64,000 nt of DNA from an uncultured Thermoleophilia bacterium (GCA_963834905.1 CAWIDR010000006.1:1388-65387), one strand, 5' to 3'; counted from the stretch's first letter, positions 42,379 through 53,741 are shown. Made by a program: numbers and translations. The notes: generated by a model not told the origin, from the sequence alone.

Positions 42379-43809
42379 GTTCCCTCCTGGACGACGTGCA
42401 GTGTCAAAGCACTACTGTGTTCCACGCGGAAGGCCTGCGCAACCCTGCCGGGCCCGCCGCCGACCCAGGCGGCGCGGCCGTCGACGTCGAGCAGCGGCGC
42501 CCGCGGGCGCTGCTCGGCCGGCACCCGCGCCGCCGCCAGGTAGCGGGCCACCGTGGTCTCGCCGCCCAGCCCGAGCGGGGCGAAGCGCTCGCCGCGGCGC
42601 GCGTGACGCAGCGTCACGCGCCGCGGCACGGCCGTCAGGCCGGCGAAGGCCGCGCCGGCGAGCGCGGCCTCGCGGTCGAAGGCCGCGCCCTCGCGCAGGC
42701 GCAGGCGCCACACGCGGCCGCAGAACCCGGCCGTCAGGCCGGCGTCTCCGGCGGCCGCGATGGCCTCGCCGTCAACGACCGCCGGCGTGCAGGCGTGGGC
42801 CGCGGCGACGGCGCGGACGCGCAGCGCGCCGCGGCCGCGTACGGCTTCGAGGCCGCGGCCGAGGCTCACCCGCCCGGCGTCGTCGGCGCGCTCCGCGAGG
42901 CGCAGGAGCGCCTCGACCAGCCGGCGCTCGACCAGCGCCTCTCCGCCCATCGCCTCGCGCAAGAGGTCGTGAAGGACGAGCGCACGCAGGGCGGGCGGCT
43001 CGGCGACGAGCGCGGCGACGTCGACAGACAGCAGGTCGCCCCGGCCGGGCGGCCGGACCACGCGCTCTCGGGCCGCGGCGGAGACGGCGTCCAGCACGTC
43101 CGCCTCGGCCGCCGCCTGGTCCGCCGCCGCCGCGAGCGTCTCGGCGAGGCGCGGGTTCAGCGCCTCGAGCCGCGGCAGGACCTCGAGGCGCAGGACGTTG
43201 CGCGCGTAGACAGGCGCGGCGTTGCTGACGTCCTCGCCGTACTCGATGCCGGCCGCGCGGCAGTAGTCCCTGATCTCGGCCGCCCCCAGGCCCAGCAGCG
43301 GCCGCGCCAGGTCCCCGTCCCGCGGCCGCATGCCGGCCAGTCCGCGCGGCGAGGCGTACTTGGCCAGCCGGTACAGGATCGTCTCCGCCTGGTCGTCGCG
43401 GTTATGGGCAGTGACGAGGACGTCGTAGCCGCGCTGCGCCACGAGCTCCCGCGCCAGCCCGTACCGCTGGTCCCGGGCGCGCGCCTGGAAGTCCCGGCCC
43501 GCGAGACGCCCGCGCAGGCGCTCCACGTGCAGCTCCAGGCCGGCGTCACGACAGGCGCGTTCCACGATGCGCCGGTCACGGTCGGAGTCCGCGCCGCGAA
43601 GGCCGTAGTCCACGTGCAGGGCGGCCAGTCGCAGTCCGAGGTCCAGCCGGCGGTCGGCGGCGCGCACGAGCGAGAGCAGCGCCATGGAGTCGGCGCCGCC
43701 GGACAGCAGGAGCAGGGCGCGCTCGCCGCGGCGCAGCGCGCCGCTGCGCGACCACTCCGTCGGCGACGCGGCGCTGGAGCCGGAGACACGAGGCGGGCAG
43801 CCGCGCCAC
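42375..43809 (-). CDS. tilS: tRNA(Ile)-lysidine synthetase; one frame change near 43745 needed to reach a start codon
   Basis: The PP-loop LLLLSGGADSMALLSL lies upstream of the first in-frame start (ATG 43685). This frame has no ATG/GTG/TTG between the dsrE-like stop and the PP-loop. A GTG at 43809 in another frame gives VARLPASCLRLQRRVADGVVAQ and could join it. The rest (TAHNRDDQAETILYRL, RPLLG...) is intact. Confidence 0.8.
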
Positions 43810-43817
43810 AGCCCGCC

Positions 43818-44165
43818 TCAGAACGAGACGACGCGGTCGTTGCGGCAGGTGGCCTCGGCGAGGTCGTGGATGGTGGCCACGCGCGCGTGCGCGACGAGCT
43901 GGTCCTCGGTGAGCCCGCGCGTGGCGCAACAGGTGCCGCAGCAGCTGACCTCGACGCCCTTCTCCAGCAGCTCGGCCAGCAGGTGCTCCAGCGAGGTGTG
44001 CGCGCGCCGCGGATCCTGGCCGGCCTTGGCCGCTCCGACCGCATCGCCCATGAGGAAGACCTCGACGTGCTCGCCGCGCAGGGACAGCGCGTCGGCGAGC
44101 CGGAAGGCGTTGTAGGGGCCCTCGCTCCCGTAGGGTGCGGTGTTGACGACCAGCAGGACGGACAT
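43818..44165 (-). CDS. DsrE/DsrF-like (TusD-like) sulfur-relay family protein
   Basis: Intact 115 aa: MSVLLVVNTAPYGSEGPYNAFRLADAL...VEVFLMGDAV...LLEKGVEVSCCGTCCATRGL...ATIHDLAEATCRNDRVVSF. Confidence 0.7.
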   Translation of the reverse strand: MSVLLVVNTAPYGSEGPYNAFRLADALSLRGEHVEVFLMGDAVGAAKAGQDPRRAHTSLEHLLAELLEKGVEVSCCGTCCATRGLTEDQLVAHARVATIHDLAEATCRNDRVVSF

Positions 44166-44220
44166 GTCGCCTCCTTGTGCGAGAACGCGGTGTCGCAGAA
44201 GCTGCGACGAGCATAGCAGA

Positions 44221-44270
44221 GGGCCGGGTGCCGGAACGACCGCCTGCGGCGGTCCTCCGGCGCCCGGCCC
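44221..44270 (-). terminator. Long compound hairpin downstream of the aquaporin gene
   Basis: gggccgggtgccgga / tccggcgcccggccc arms enclose an inner gaccgcc-tgc-ggcggtc stem. There is no clear U-tract. Confidence 0.4.
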
Positions 44271-44299
44271 CGATCGGCGCTGCGTGGGGCCGGCGAGCT

Positions 44300-45040
44300 C
44301 TACTCCGTCGCCTCGCCCGGCCCCTCGACCTTGTCGCGCTGGTCCGCCTTCACCTCGAGCAGGTAGCGGTACAGCAGACCGCCGACGACGCCGCCGACGA
44401 TCGGGAAGACGATGAACACCCAGAGCTGGCTGAGCGCCCAGCCGCCGACGAACAGCGCCGGGGCGAGCGAGCGGGCCGGGTTCACCGAGGTGTTGTCCAC
44501 CGGGATGCTGATCAGGTGGATGAGCGTCAGGGTGAGGCCGATGGCCAGCGGAGCGAGGCCCACGGGTGCACGGCGGTCCGTGACCCCGTGGATGACGAGC
44601 ACGAAGGCGAGCGTGAGCAGGATCTCGATGACGATCGCCGCCGTCAGGCTGTAGCCGGCCGGCGAGTGGGCGCCGTAGCCGTTGGCGGCGAAGCCGTCGG
44701 AGAGGCTGAAGCCGGCCTTGCCGCTGGCGATCACGTACAGCACGGCGCTGGCGCAGATGGCGCCGATCACCTGGGCGACCACGTAGACCGCCACCTTGGC
44801 GCCGGGGAACCGCCCGCCGGCCCAGAGGCCGATGGTGATCGCCGGATTGAAGTGCGCCCCCGAGATGTGGCCGACGGCGTAGGCCATGGTCACGACGGTG
44901 AGCCCGAAGGCAAGAGCCACGCCGAGCCAGCCGATGCCACTGTTGCCCACCGAGGCCGCAAGTACGGCCGCTCCGGTGCCTCCGAAGACGAGCCAGAAGG
45001 TGCCGAAGAACTCGGCGACCGCGGCTTTGCCAGTATTCAT
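44300..45040 (-). CDS. aqpZ: Aquaporin Z-type MIP channel
   Basis: [23 protein letters not shown]...[14 protein letters not shown]...[17 protein letters not shown] (two NPA boxes). A GTG alternative start lies at 45055. Confidence 0.9.
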   Translation of the reverse strand: MNTGKAAVAEFFGTFWLVFGGTGAAVLAASVGNSGIGWLGVALAFGLTVVTMAYAVGHISGAHFNPAITIGLWAGGRFPGAKVAVYVVAQVIGAICASAVLYVIASGKAGFSLSDGFAANGYGAHSPAGYSLTAAIVIEILLTLAFVLVIHGVTDRRAPVGLAPLAIGLTLTLIHLISIPVDNTSVNPARSLAPALFVGGWALSQLWVFIVFPIVGGVVGGLLYRYLLEVKADQRDKVEGPGEATE

Positions 45041-45138
45041 ATGCTCCACCACCACGTCAGGGTTTCCTACTATCGGGGCGGTGGTTACCCGTCGGCGCCG
45101 CGATTTCTATCCCCACGGGCCGCGCAGATCAGGGCAAC

Positions 45139-45162
45139 AAAAAAGGCGCCCGAACGGGCGCC
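45139..45162 (-). terminator. Rho-independent terminator after the tRNA gene
   Basis: On the minus strand: GGCGCCC GTTC GGGCGCC followed by TTTTTT. Confidence 0.75.
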
Positions 45163-45174
45163 CAGAGAAGGTGA

Positions 45175-45251
<77 letters not shown>

Positions 45252-45265
45252 ACGTTGGACGACAG

Positions 45266-45295
45266 ATTGTATACGTTCCGGCGGTCGAATGTAAA
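45266..45295 (-). promoter_or_regulatory. Promoter candidate TTTACA-18 nt-TACAAT upstream of the initiator tRNA
   Basis: The minus strand reads cTTTACAttcgaccgccggaacgtaTACAATctgtcgtccaacgt, followed by tRNA position 1. Confidence 0.5.
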
Positions 45296-45400
45296 GTTAC
45301 CCTGCAGGGACCAACCTCACGCGCGGCGTAAAGGGCTGGCGGGATGTTCCGATACACTCCTGTGGAGATGGTCTGGCCCGGGGCGACAGGCAAGCGGCAG

Positions 45401-46471
45401 ATGACACGCGCGGCGGTACTCGCCGCGGGCGCACTGCTCTGCGTGCTCGCCGCCGCGCTGGCGGCCGGCAGCCTCCTCCCCGCGCCGGCGGCCGCGTCCC
45501 CCGCCTCCGTCGACGACCTGCAGGCCCAGGCACGCGACGTCAAGCGCGAGGTCGCGCGCCTCGACCGCCGCGCCGAGGTCCTCACCGAGAAGTACAACGT
45601 CGCGCGTGCCGCGCTCGACGCCCTCAACATCCGGCTCGAGGAGTCGCGCCGCGACCTCGAGCGCGCCCAGGTCCAGCTCGACGCCGCGCAGGCCCTGCGC
45701 GGCGCGCGCCTCGCGGCCATGTACAAGAGCGACGGCTACAGCGTGCTCGACGTGCTCTTCAATCTGAGCGACATCGGCGAGGCGGACACGCAGCTCGGCT
45801 ACTTCCGGTCCATCGACGAGGCGGACCAGGACACCGTCACCCGCATCGCCGCCATGGAGAGCCAGATCCAGACCATCACGCGGCAGATGGACAACGACAG
45901 GGCGGACGCGCTGGAGCGCGAGATGGCGCTGCGCGAGCAGCAGGCGGGCATCGAGGACGAGCTCGCCGCCCGCGAGACGCTGCTCGCCGACCTCGACTCG
46001 CGCGTCAAGAAGCTCCTCGCGCAGCAGGCGCAGCTCGACGCGGAGGCCTCCGCGCGCCTGGCCAAGGCAGCCGGCGTCGACCTTGCGACCATCTCCGGCA
46101 CGCCGGTGCAGATCGCCGTCGTCAAGGAGACGATGAAGTACCTCGGCATCCCCTACGTGTGGGCCGGGGCCACGCCCTCGGGCGGCTTCGACTGCTCGGG
46201 CCTCGTCCTCTACGTGTACGCCAAGTTCGGGGTGCAGTTCCCGCACGGCGCCACCATGCAGGCACACATGGGCGACCCGGTGTCGCTCTCGCAGGCCCAG
46301 CCCGCCGACCTGGTCTTCTTCGGGTACCCGGCGTTCTACCACCACGTCGGCATCTACATCGGCAACGGGCTCTTCATCGAGGCGCCGCACACCGGCGACG
46401 TCGTCAAGGTCAGCCAGCTGGCGGGCCGCGGCTGCACGCTCATCTGCCGGTACCCCATCCGGACGCCCTGA
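45401..46471 (+). CDS. Secreted coiled-coil NlpC/P60 peptidoglycan endopeptidase (RipA-like architecture)
   Basis: The signal peptide is MTRAAVLAAGALLCVLAAALAAG. A long coiled-coil region follows. The C-terminal domain reads YLGIPYVWAGATPSGGFDCSGLVLYVYAKFGVQFPH...FYHHVGIYIGNGLFIEAPHTGD. The ORF opens at 45344. Confidence 0.85.
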   Translation: MTRAAVLAAGALLCVLAAALAAGSLLPAPAAASPASVDDLQAQARDVKREVARLDRRAEVLTEKYNVARAALDALNIRLEESRRDLERAQVQLDAAQALRGARLAAMYKSDGYSVLDVLFNLSDIGEADTQLGYFRSIDEADQDTVTRIAAMESQIQTITRQMDNDRADALEREMALREQQAGIEDELAARETLLADLDSRVKKLLAQQAQLDAEASARLAKAAGVDLATISGTPVQIAVVKETMKYLGIPYVWAGATPSGGFDCSGLVLYVYAKFGVQFPHGATMQAHMGDPVSLSQAQPADLVFFGYPAFYHHVGIYIGNGLFIEAPHTGDVVKVSQLAGRGCTLICRYPIRTP

Positions 46472-46524
46472 CCGCCGCCCCAGGCGCACTGTCGCCGTCC
46501 GGCGCGACAGGGTAGACTTCGCCC

Positions 46525-46896
46525 ATGCCTTGGTACGCACTGCTCATCGTCGCGCTCGCCAGTCTCGCGGTCATCATCGGCGCCCTGGCCTACGTCGCCC
46601 TCAAGGGGTGGCGCCTCGCCAAGCACGGCATGGCCGTGTCGAGGCGCATCACGCCGCTGGCCGACGGGCTGACGCGCAGGGCCGACGAGATCGCCGCCGC
46701 GGCGGAGCGCCTGGCCGGCGACGGCGAGTCGCTCACCGTGAGCATCTCGAAGCTGCAGGTATCTCTGGCCCGGCTGCAGGTCGTCACCACCACGATCAAC
46801 GAGGCGATGGAGCCGTTCTACCTCCTGACGGGGTGGCTGGCCGGCGACAAGGGCTACAACGACTGGCGTCGCTGGAGCCGCGCGCACCCGCGCTGA
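46525..46896 (+). CDS. Small membrane-anchored hypothetical protein (N-terminal TM helix plus helical domain)
   Basis: Intact 123 aa: MPWYALLIVALASLAVIIGALAYVALKGWRLAK.... I did not recognise a family. The architecture resembles DUF948-type proteins. Confidence 0.5.
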   Translation: MPWYALLIVALASLAVIIGALAYVALKGWRLAKHGMAVSRRITPLADGLTRRADEIAAAAERLAGDGESLTVSISKLQVSLARLQVVTTTINEAMEPFYLLTGWLAGDKGYNDWRRWSRAHPR

Positions 46897-46911
46897 GCGG
46901 CCTCGTCGTCT

Positions 46912-46966
46912 GCACGCGGACGGGCCCGGGACCCTCTCTGCGAGAGTCCCGGGCCCGTCCGCGTGC
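46912..46966. terminator. 21-bp-arm GC hairpin between convergent genes (bidirectional terminator candidate)
   Basis: gcacgcggacgggcccgggac ... gtcccgggcccgtccgcgtgc. Confidence 0.55.
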
Positions 46967-46978
46967 GCGCCGCTCAGC

Positions 46979-48727
46979 TCACTGCTCGAGCGGCGGCAGT
47001 TCCCCCCAGCCACGGATGCGGTAGTAGTCGGCGAGCATGAAGGTCCATCTCGCTCTGCGGGAACGTGAGCGCTCCCTCGTCCTCCATCGGCTTCTCGGTG
47101 ACCCAGTCCGGCAGCTTCTCCGACTCCCGGCCGATGCCGCGCGCCAGCGTTGAAGTCGTGCGTCATCGTGGTGATGCGATTGGCGATGCGGTGCAGGTCG
47201 TCTTCGGTGTAGTCGGTGCCGATCACGGCGTTGACCACGGCCGTGATGTACGGCCACTGCACGAGGTCGCGGTAGAAGCGGCAGTAGACCAGCGTGTCCA
47301 TGATCGTCAGGCGGTCTTCCCAGTCGCAGTAGATCGCCGCCTTGCCCTCGACCTCGCCGTACGGCGTGACGCCGAGCAGTTCGGGCTTGTACATGGTGGC
47401 GCGCAGGTGGCAAGCGCCGCGCGGCGTGGTGGCGAAGCCGAGGCCCATGCCCTTCATCTTGCGCGGCTCGTAACCGGCGGGAGCCATGCCCTTGGCGTGC
47501 ACGGCCACGTCCTCGAGGCCGTACTCCTTGGCGACGGCGAGCAGACCCTCGGCCCACAGGTCGCCGATGCCCTCGCGCAGGCAGAGCTTCTCGAGGAAGG
47601 CGCCGACGCCGACGGGATCGTTCCACGTGAGCTTCTCGTCGATGAGGCCGCGCTCGGCGCACTCGATGGCGAGAGCGCACAGGTTGCCGGCGTCCATGGT
47701 GTCGACGCCGAGGCGGTCGCAGACGTCGTTGAGCCACATGATCTCGGCGAAGTCGTCGATCTCGCAGAGGCCGCCGAACACGTACGCGGTCTCGTACTCG
47801 GGACCCTCGACGACCAGCCCCTCGTGGCGCCCCTTGAACACGGTGTTGCGCTTGACGCACTTGAACACGCACGGCGGACAGGTGTGATTGACGGTGCCGT
47901 GCTCGGCGAGCATGGTCTCCACGGTGATGCGCTCGAAGTTCTCGAGGGTGCCCTTGCGCCAGTAGCGCGTCGGGAACGCGTTGGCGCCGTTCATGATGCG
48001 CACCATGTTGAGCGTGCCGCCGCGCTGGTACGCCGCGACGCCCGCGTCGTCCTTGGTGCGCTCGATGAGGTCGCGAACGACGGCCTTGAAGTCGTCGGGA
48101 CGCGCGACGTCTACCTTCTTCTCGCCGTGCCAGACGATGCCCTTGAGGTTCTTGGAGCCGTACACCGCGCCCGGGCCGCCACGGCCGAGCTGGTGCCAGT
48201 AGTTGTTGTTGACGCAGGCGAACTTGACGAGCTTCTCGCCGGCCTGGCCGATGACGCACGCCTGGGCCTTCTTGTGCGGCGTGCGCGCGAGGATCTCGTC
48301 CTCGGCCTTGAAGGCGTCCATGCCCCAGAGGTCGGAGGCGTCGTGGAACGCGGCGCCCTCTTCGCTGATCTCCAGGTAGACCGGGCCGTCGGCCTTGCCC
48401 TCGACGATCACGACCTTGTAGCCCGGTGCGCGCGAACTGCGGCGTGAGGTTGCCGCCCGAATAGCACTCGCCGTAGCCGCCGGTGAGCGGCGAGGCGAAG
48501 TACAAGGCGTAGCGGTTGCTGCCGAGCATCGTCGTGCCGCCCATGGGGCCGACGACGAAGATGAGCTTGTTGCCCGGGCTCAGCGGGTCGACCTCGGGGG
48601 CGACCTCTTCGCAGAGATAGTGCGTGCCGATGCCCTTCGCGCCGATGAGCTCCTTGATGAGCTCCGGCGGGACGGTCTCTTCTGAGGTCGTGCGAGTGGT
48701 GAGGTCGATGCGGAGAAGGTCGCCCAT
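46979..48727 (-). CDS. Aldehyde:ferredoxin oxidoreductase (AOR family, tungsto/molybdopterin enzyme); three frame changes (about 48415, 47150, 47042)
   Basis: MGDLLRIDLTTRTTSEETVPPELIKELIGAKGIGTHYLCEEV...GSNRYALYFASPLTGGYGECYSGGNL | ...VIGQAGEKLVKFACVNNNYWHQLGRGGPGAVYGSKNLKGIV...HTCPPCVFKCVKR...GPEYETAYVFGGLCEIDD...DTMDAGN...TTPRGACHLRA... | ...LPDWVTEKPMEDEGALTFPQSEM | ...LADYYRIRGWGELPPLEQ*. Confidence 0.85.
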   Translation of the reverse strand: MGDLLRIDLTTRTTSEETVPPELIKELIGAKGIGTHYLCEEVAPEVDPLSPGNKLIFVVGPMGGTTMLGSNRYALYFASPLTGGYGECYSGGNLTPQFARTGLQGRDRRGQGRRPGLPGDQRRGRRVPRRLRPLGHGRLQGRGRDPRAHAAQEGPGVRHRPGRREARQVRLRQQQLLAPARPWRPGRGVRLQEPQGHRLARREEGRRRASRRLQGRRSRPHRAHQGRRGRRGVPARRHAQHGAHHERRQRVPDALLAQGHPRELRAHHRGDHARRARHRQSHLSAVRVQVRQAQHRVQGAPRGAGRRGSRVRDRVRVRRPLRDRRLRRDHVAQRRLRPPRRRHHGRRQPVRSRHRVRRARPHRREAHVERSRRRRRLPREALPARGHRRPVGRGSARRRQGVRPRGRGRARQGHGSRRLRAAQDEGHGPRLRHHAARRLPPARHHVQARTARRHAVRRGRGQGGDLLRLGRPPDDHGHAGLLPLLPRPRAVAVHHGRGQRRDRHRLHRRRPAPHRQSHHHDDARLQRWRAASAGSRRSCRTGSPRSRWRTRERSRSRRARWTFMLADYYRIRGWGELPPLEQ

Positions 48728-48833
48728 TCATGCTCCTTTGTGCCGTGAAAGCCGCGTCCCGGCTCTCCCCCCGCTGCGCCGCGGCCACCCCTGGTCGGCG
48801 GAGCCCACCGTGGCGAGGTGCGCGGGGAACGCG

Positions 48834-48882
48834 CCCCGAACGGAAGGAGCCGCGCCCGGACCTTGCGTCCGGACGCGGCTCC
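48834..48882 (-). terminator. Terminator hairpin after ald
   Basis: On the minus strand: GGAGCCGCGUCCGGAC-GCAAG-GUCCGGGCGCGGCUCC followed by UUCCGUU. Confidence 0.55.
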
Positions 48883-48938
48883 ATTCAATCAGCTTGGCTC
48901 AGCCGCGGCCAGTGGCCGCCGCGTAGCCGAATGCCGTC

Positions 48939-50060
<1,122 letters not shown>

Positions 50061-50287
50061 GACTCCTCCTCGCTCCATCCCATGGTTGGGCTCAAAACTC
50101 GGATATGCACACTCCTGTGCACGATTTCGCAGTCTACCAACAACAGAGCGCGCAGAAAACCCCAAAACGCAAGAAAAGCGCCCACTAATGAACGAGCGTC
50201 CGTGTCCCGCGTCCGAGCGAGCCGGTCTGGACCATACCAGCGCGAGTCCTATATCGTAGGGCCGGTCCAGGAGGGGGGTGCGGGGGC

Positions 50288-51299
50288 ATGACCGATCCGA
50301 GGGGCGTCCACGAGAGCGTCGCGGCCATCGCCGCGCGGCTGGGCGGCACGGTCGGCGTGGCCGCGCGCAACCTTGCCAGCGGCGCGGAGGTGTACATCGA
50401 CGCCGACGAGCTCTATCCCCATGGCGAGCTGCTTCAAGATCCCGGTCATGGTGGAGGTCATGCGGCAGGTCGACGCCGGCGTGCTGCGGCTCGACGACCG
50501 GCTCACGCTGACCGAGGCGGACAAGAGCCCCGGCAGCACCCTCATCCACTGCCACGAGGGCCTGCGCCCGAGCGTGCGCGACCTCCTCTACCTGATGATC
50601 ACGCTGAGCGACAACACCGCGACGGACATGCTCTGGCGGCTCGTCGGGCTCGGCTCGGTGAACGAGACCATGCGCCGGCTGGGCCTCGAGACGATCGACT
50701 GCTTCATGCCCAATCGCGAGTACTTCCTCATCGAGTCCGGCGCCGGCGAAGAGTGGGCCGGGCTCAGCGGCGCGGAGATCGTCGCCCGCTGGCGGGAGAT
50801 CGAGGCGCGCGGGGACCACGAGGACGCGTTCCGCCGCGTCCTCGAGGAGAACGCGCGTCTCAGCGGCGCCGGGTTCCTGCACCTGTACGAGCGCCGCTGG
50901 GGCCGCGACGAGTCCCGCGGCTACGACGACTCGTTCGCCGTCGACCAGGCGCTCGACAACATGGGCTCGCCGCGCGACATGGCGGAGCTCCTCTCGATGG
51001 TCGCCCAGAGCCGCTGCGCCTCGGCGCCGTCCTGCCGGCTGATGGTCGAAGTGATGGCGCAGCAGGAGTGGCGCGAGAAGATCCCGGCCGGACTCCCCGA
51101 TGGTCTGCTCGTGGCCAACAAGACCGGCGGCGTCAGCGGCACGAGCAACGACGCCGCGATCGTGTACACGCCGGCCGGGGCACCTATGGTCATGGTCGTC
51201 TTCTGGAAAGGCCTTGACCAGCAGGCCAAGGTGCGGGCCGACGCGGCGATCGCCGAGATCGCCGCCGTGCTGTACGAGCACGTCGGAGAGCCGGCATGA
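50288..51299 (+). CDS. Class-A beta-lactamase-like serine hydrolase; one frame change near 50425
   Basis: MTDPRGVHESVAAIAARLGGTVGVAARNLASGAEVYIDADELYP | MASCFKIPVMVEV (SxxK), LSDNTATD (SDN), ANKTGG (KTG). No obvious signal peptide. Confidence 0.7.
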
Positions 51300-52033
51300 A
51301 GGTCGCCGGCGCCAGGGTGCTCGTCGTCGGCGGCGTCCGCCGCCTCGGCCGCGCCATCGCGCTCGACCTGGCGAGCCACGGCGCCGCCGTGGTCGTCTCC
51401 ACGCGCGCGCGCACGAGCGCGGCCGACGTCCAGGTGGCCGCGCTGACCGCGGCGGGCGCGCCATCCGCCGCACTCGTCGAGGGCGACGTCCGCGGCGCCG
51501 CAGATGCGGCCGGCCTCGTCGCCGCCGCCAGGACGGCGCTGGGCGGGCTCGACGCCCTGGTGTACGCGGCCAGCGGCCCGTTCGTGCCCCAGCCGCCGCA
51601 GGCGATCGACGAGGCGTCGTGGGACGCCTCCATGGACACCATCGCCAAGGGCTTCTTCTTCAGCGCCTGCGCCGCCCACGAGCTGCTCTCGCCGGGCGGC
51701 GTGATCGTCGCCATCACCGACTACCTGGGGCTGCAGCCCTGGGCCACGTTCGCCGCCCACGGCGCCGCCAAGGCGGCCGAGATCCACCTGGTCAAGGAAC
51801 TCGCCCGCGCGTGGGCGCCCGACGGCCTGCGCGTCTGCGGCGTCGCGCCCGGCCCGGTGGACCTCGACGACGACGAGCACCGCGCCGCCACCCTCCGCGC
51901 CGCGGCCAGGGTGGCGACCGAGCGCCTCGTCGCGCCCGCCGACATCGGCGCGGCCGTCCGCTTCTGCCTCGAGACAGACGGCGTGACCGGCGTCAACGTG
52001 GCCGTCGACAACGGCTCGCTGGTCATGTCGTGA
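51296..52033 (+). CDS. SDR-family oxidoreductase
   Basis: Intact 245 aa. Rossmann loop VVGGVRRLGRAIA and a YxxxK-like AAHGAAKAA. The start overlaps the preceding stop (ATGA). Confidence 0.75.
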   Translation: MKVAGARVLVVGGVRRLGRAIALDLASHGAAVVVSTRARTSAADVQVAALTAAGAPSAALVEGDVRGAADAAGLVAAARTALGGLDALVYAASGPFVPQPPQAIDEASWDASMDTIAKGFFFSACAAHELLSPGGVIVAITDYLGLQPWATFAAHGAAKAAEIHLVKELARAWAPDGLRVCGVAPGPVDLDDDEHRAATLRAAARVATERLVAPADIGAAVRFCLETDGVTGVNVAVDNGSLVMS

Positions 52034-52084
52034 GGTGAGCCGCGCCGGACGGCGCGGCGGCGGCCGGCCATGCCGGCCGGGGCA

Positions 52085-53734
52085 TCAGGCGGGAGCCGGC
52101 TTGCCCTTCTTGGACTGGTCGATGAGCTCCTTGGCCTTGAGGGCCAGCCAGAACTCCATGCGGTCCTGCGACTGGTTGAGGTCGCGGCCGGTGATCTCCT
52201 CGACGCGCTTCATGCGGTACCGCAGCGTGTGGCGGTGCACGTACAGCTTCTCGGCGGCGTCGCCCCAGTGGCCGTTGGCCTCGAGGAAGCAGGCGAGGCT
52301 CTTGACCAGGTCGCTCGAGTTCTGCTCGTCGTAGTCCTGGAGCTTGCCGAGCACGCTGTCGTAGAACACCTCGAGCGACAGCGTGTCCTGCAGGCCGAGC
52401 AGCAGCCCGTAGGAGCCGAGGTCGTCGAAGCTGGCGATGACCCGGGGCTCGCCCTTGAGCTTGCGGATCTTGATGGCGTAGCTCGCCTCGTAGTAGCTCT
52501 GGCGGAGGTCGATGAGCTGGCGGTGCGGCCGGCCGATGCCGACGGAGACGGAGATCTCCGGCAGCATCTCGGCGATCACGGCCTGAAGCTCGCCGGCGAG
52601 CCGGATGATCTCCTTGGTGTCCATCTTGCCGGGCTGCACCAGGACGACGACGGAGTCGCTGCGCGACGCGCTGATGCCGAGCAGGTCGTGTCGCGCCATG
52701 AACTCGTCGACGGTCCAGTGCAGGCGCTCCTTGACGTCCTGGGCGGCGGCCTCGCCGCGTTCCGCCGCCTCTTCTCCCTCCTGCACGTCGATGTCGACGA
52801 GCACGATGAGGTGCGGCGACTGCGGCTCCAGCCCGAAGAACGCGAGCCGCCGGGCGATCTCCTCCTCGTAGAGGTCGCTGGCGATGAGCTCGTCGAAGAA
52901 GTCGCCGGCGAGGCGCTTCTCGGTCTCGGCCACGGCCTTCTTCTTGACCAGCTCCAGCGCCGTCACGGTGACGACGTTGTGGAGGATGATGCGGTCGTAC
53001 TCGCTGAAGTCGCCGCTGTCCTTGACGACGGCGAGGAACGCGCCGATGCGGTGCGACGCGACCACCGGGTAGACCTGCACGCCCGAACCCACGCCCTCCA
53101 TGCTGAGGGCGAAGTTCTGGCGGTCGGCGCGGCGGTCGCCGATCATGCGCCACAGGTCGGCGATGAGCTCGGCGCCCAGGTGACGGCGGTACGCCGCCTC
53201 GCAGAGCACCACGCCGTGGAAGTCGAAGAGCACGGCGGAGCAGCCGACGAGGGCCGAGAGCGTGGAGAGGATCGCCTCGAGGCCCTTCTCCTCCAGCACG
53301 ATCTTGGTGAGCTTCTCGTGCACGGCGAGGCTGCGCTGCAGCAGCGAGTACTGCTCGTTGACGATCTTGGAGGCCACGGCCTCGGTGATGGCGAGGAACG
53401 GCACGTGGTACGGCACCTCGAACAGCGGGAAGCCGTACTCCTCGGCCACCGCGACGATCGCCGGCGGGACCTTGTCGAAGCTGAAGCCGGTGCCGAAGCC
53501 GAGGCCGGAGATGTTGTGGTCGATGAGGCGCTTGATCTGCGCGACCTGCTGCTCCTCGTCGCCGACGAAGCTGTAGCCGGTGGTGAGCAGCAGCTCGCCG
53601 CCCTTGAGCCACTTGGTGGGGTCGGGGACCTCGGTGATGTGGACCCACCGCACCGGGTTGCTCGTGGACTTGTGCCCGGCCAGCAGGCGCAGGTTGAGCT
53701 CGGGGATCTCAAGGATGTCCTGTACGGTGATCAT
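52085..53734 (-). CDS. PucR/CdaR-family transcriptional regulator
   Basis: ATG at 53734. MITVQDILEIPELNLRLLAGHKSTSNPVRWVHITEVPDPTKWLKGGELLLTTG (PucR N-domain). The C-terminal HTH is LVKSLACFLEANGHWGDAAEKLYVHRHTLRYRMKRVEEITG. Intact 549 aa. Confidence 0.85.
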   Translation of the reverse strand: MITVQDILEIPELNLRLLAGHKSTSNPVRWVHITEVPDPTKWLKGGELLLTTGYSFVGDEEQQVAQIKRLIDHNISGLGFGTGFSFDKVPPAIVAVAEEYGFPLFEVPYHVPFLAITEAVASKIVNEQYSLLQRSLAVHEKLTKIVLEEKGLEAILSTLSALVGCSAVLFDFHGVVLCEAAYRRHLGAELIADLWRMIGDRRADRQNFALSMEGVGSGVQVYPVVASHRIGAFLAVVKDSGDFSEYDRIILHNVVTVTALELVKKKAVAETEKRLAGDFFDELIASDLYEEEIARRLAFFGLEPQSPHLIVLVDIDVQEGEEAAERGEAAAQDVKERLHWTVDEFMARHDLLGISASRSDSVVVLVQPGKMDTKEIIRLAGELQAVIAEMLPEISVSVGIGRPHRQLIDLRQSYYEASYAIKIRKLKGEPRVIASFDDLGSYGLLLGLQDTLSLEVFYDSVLGKLQDYDEQNSSDLVKSLACFLEANGHWGDAAEKLYVHRHTLRYRMKRVEEITGRDLNQSQDRMEFWLALKAKELIDQSKKGKPAPA

Positions 53735-53741
53735 CGCCGGG

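Noticed and set aside
42396-44216. 606-aa plus-strand ORF
   Set aside because: It is antisense to tilS and the DsrE-like gene. It is Arg/Ala/Gly-rich with no motifs.
48728-48833. Riboswitch (Moco/Tuco) in the AOR leader
   Set aside because: The leader has GC hairpins but lacks the CCUCC...GGAAAGG signature seen upstream of modA. It is only about 105 nt after subtracting the ald terminator.
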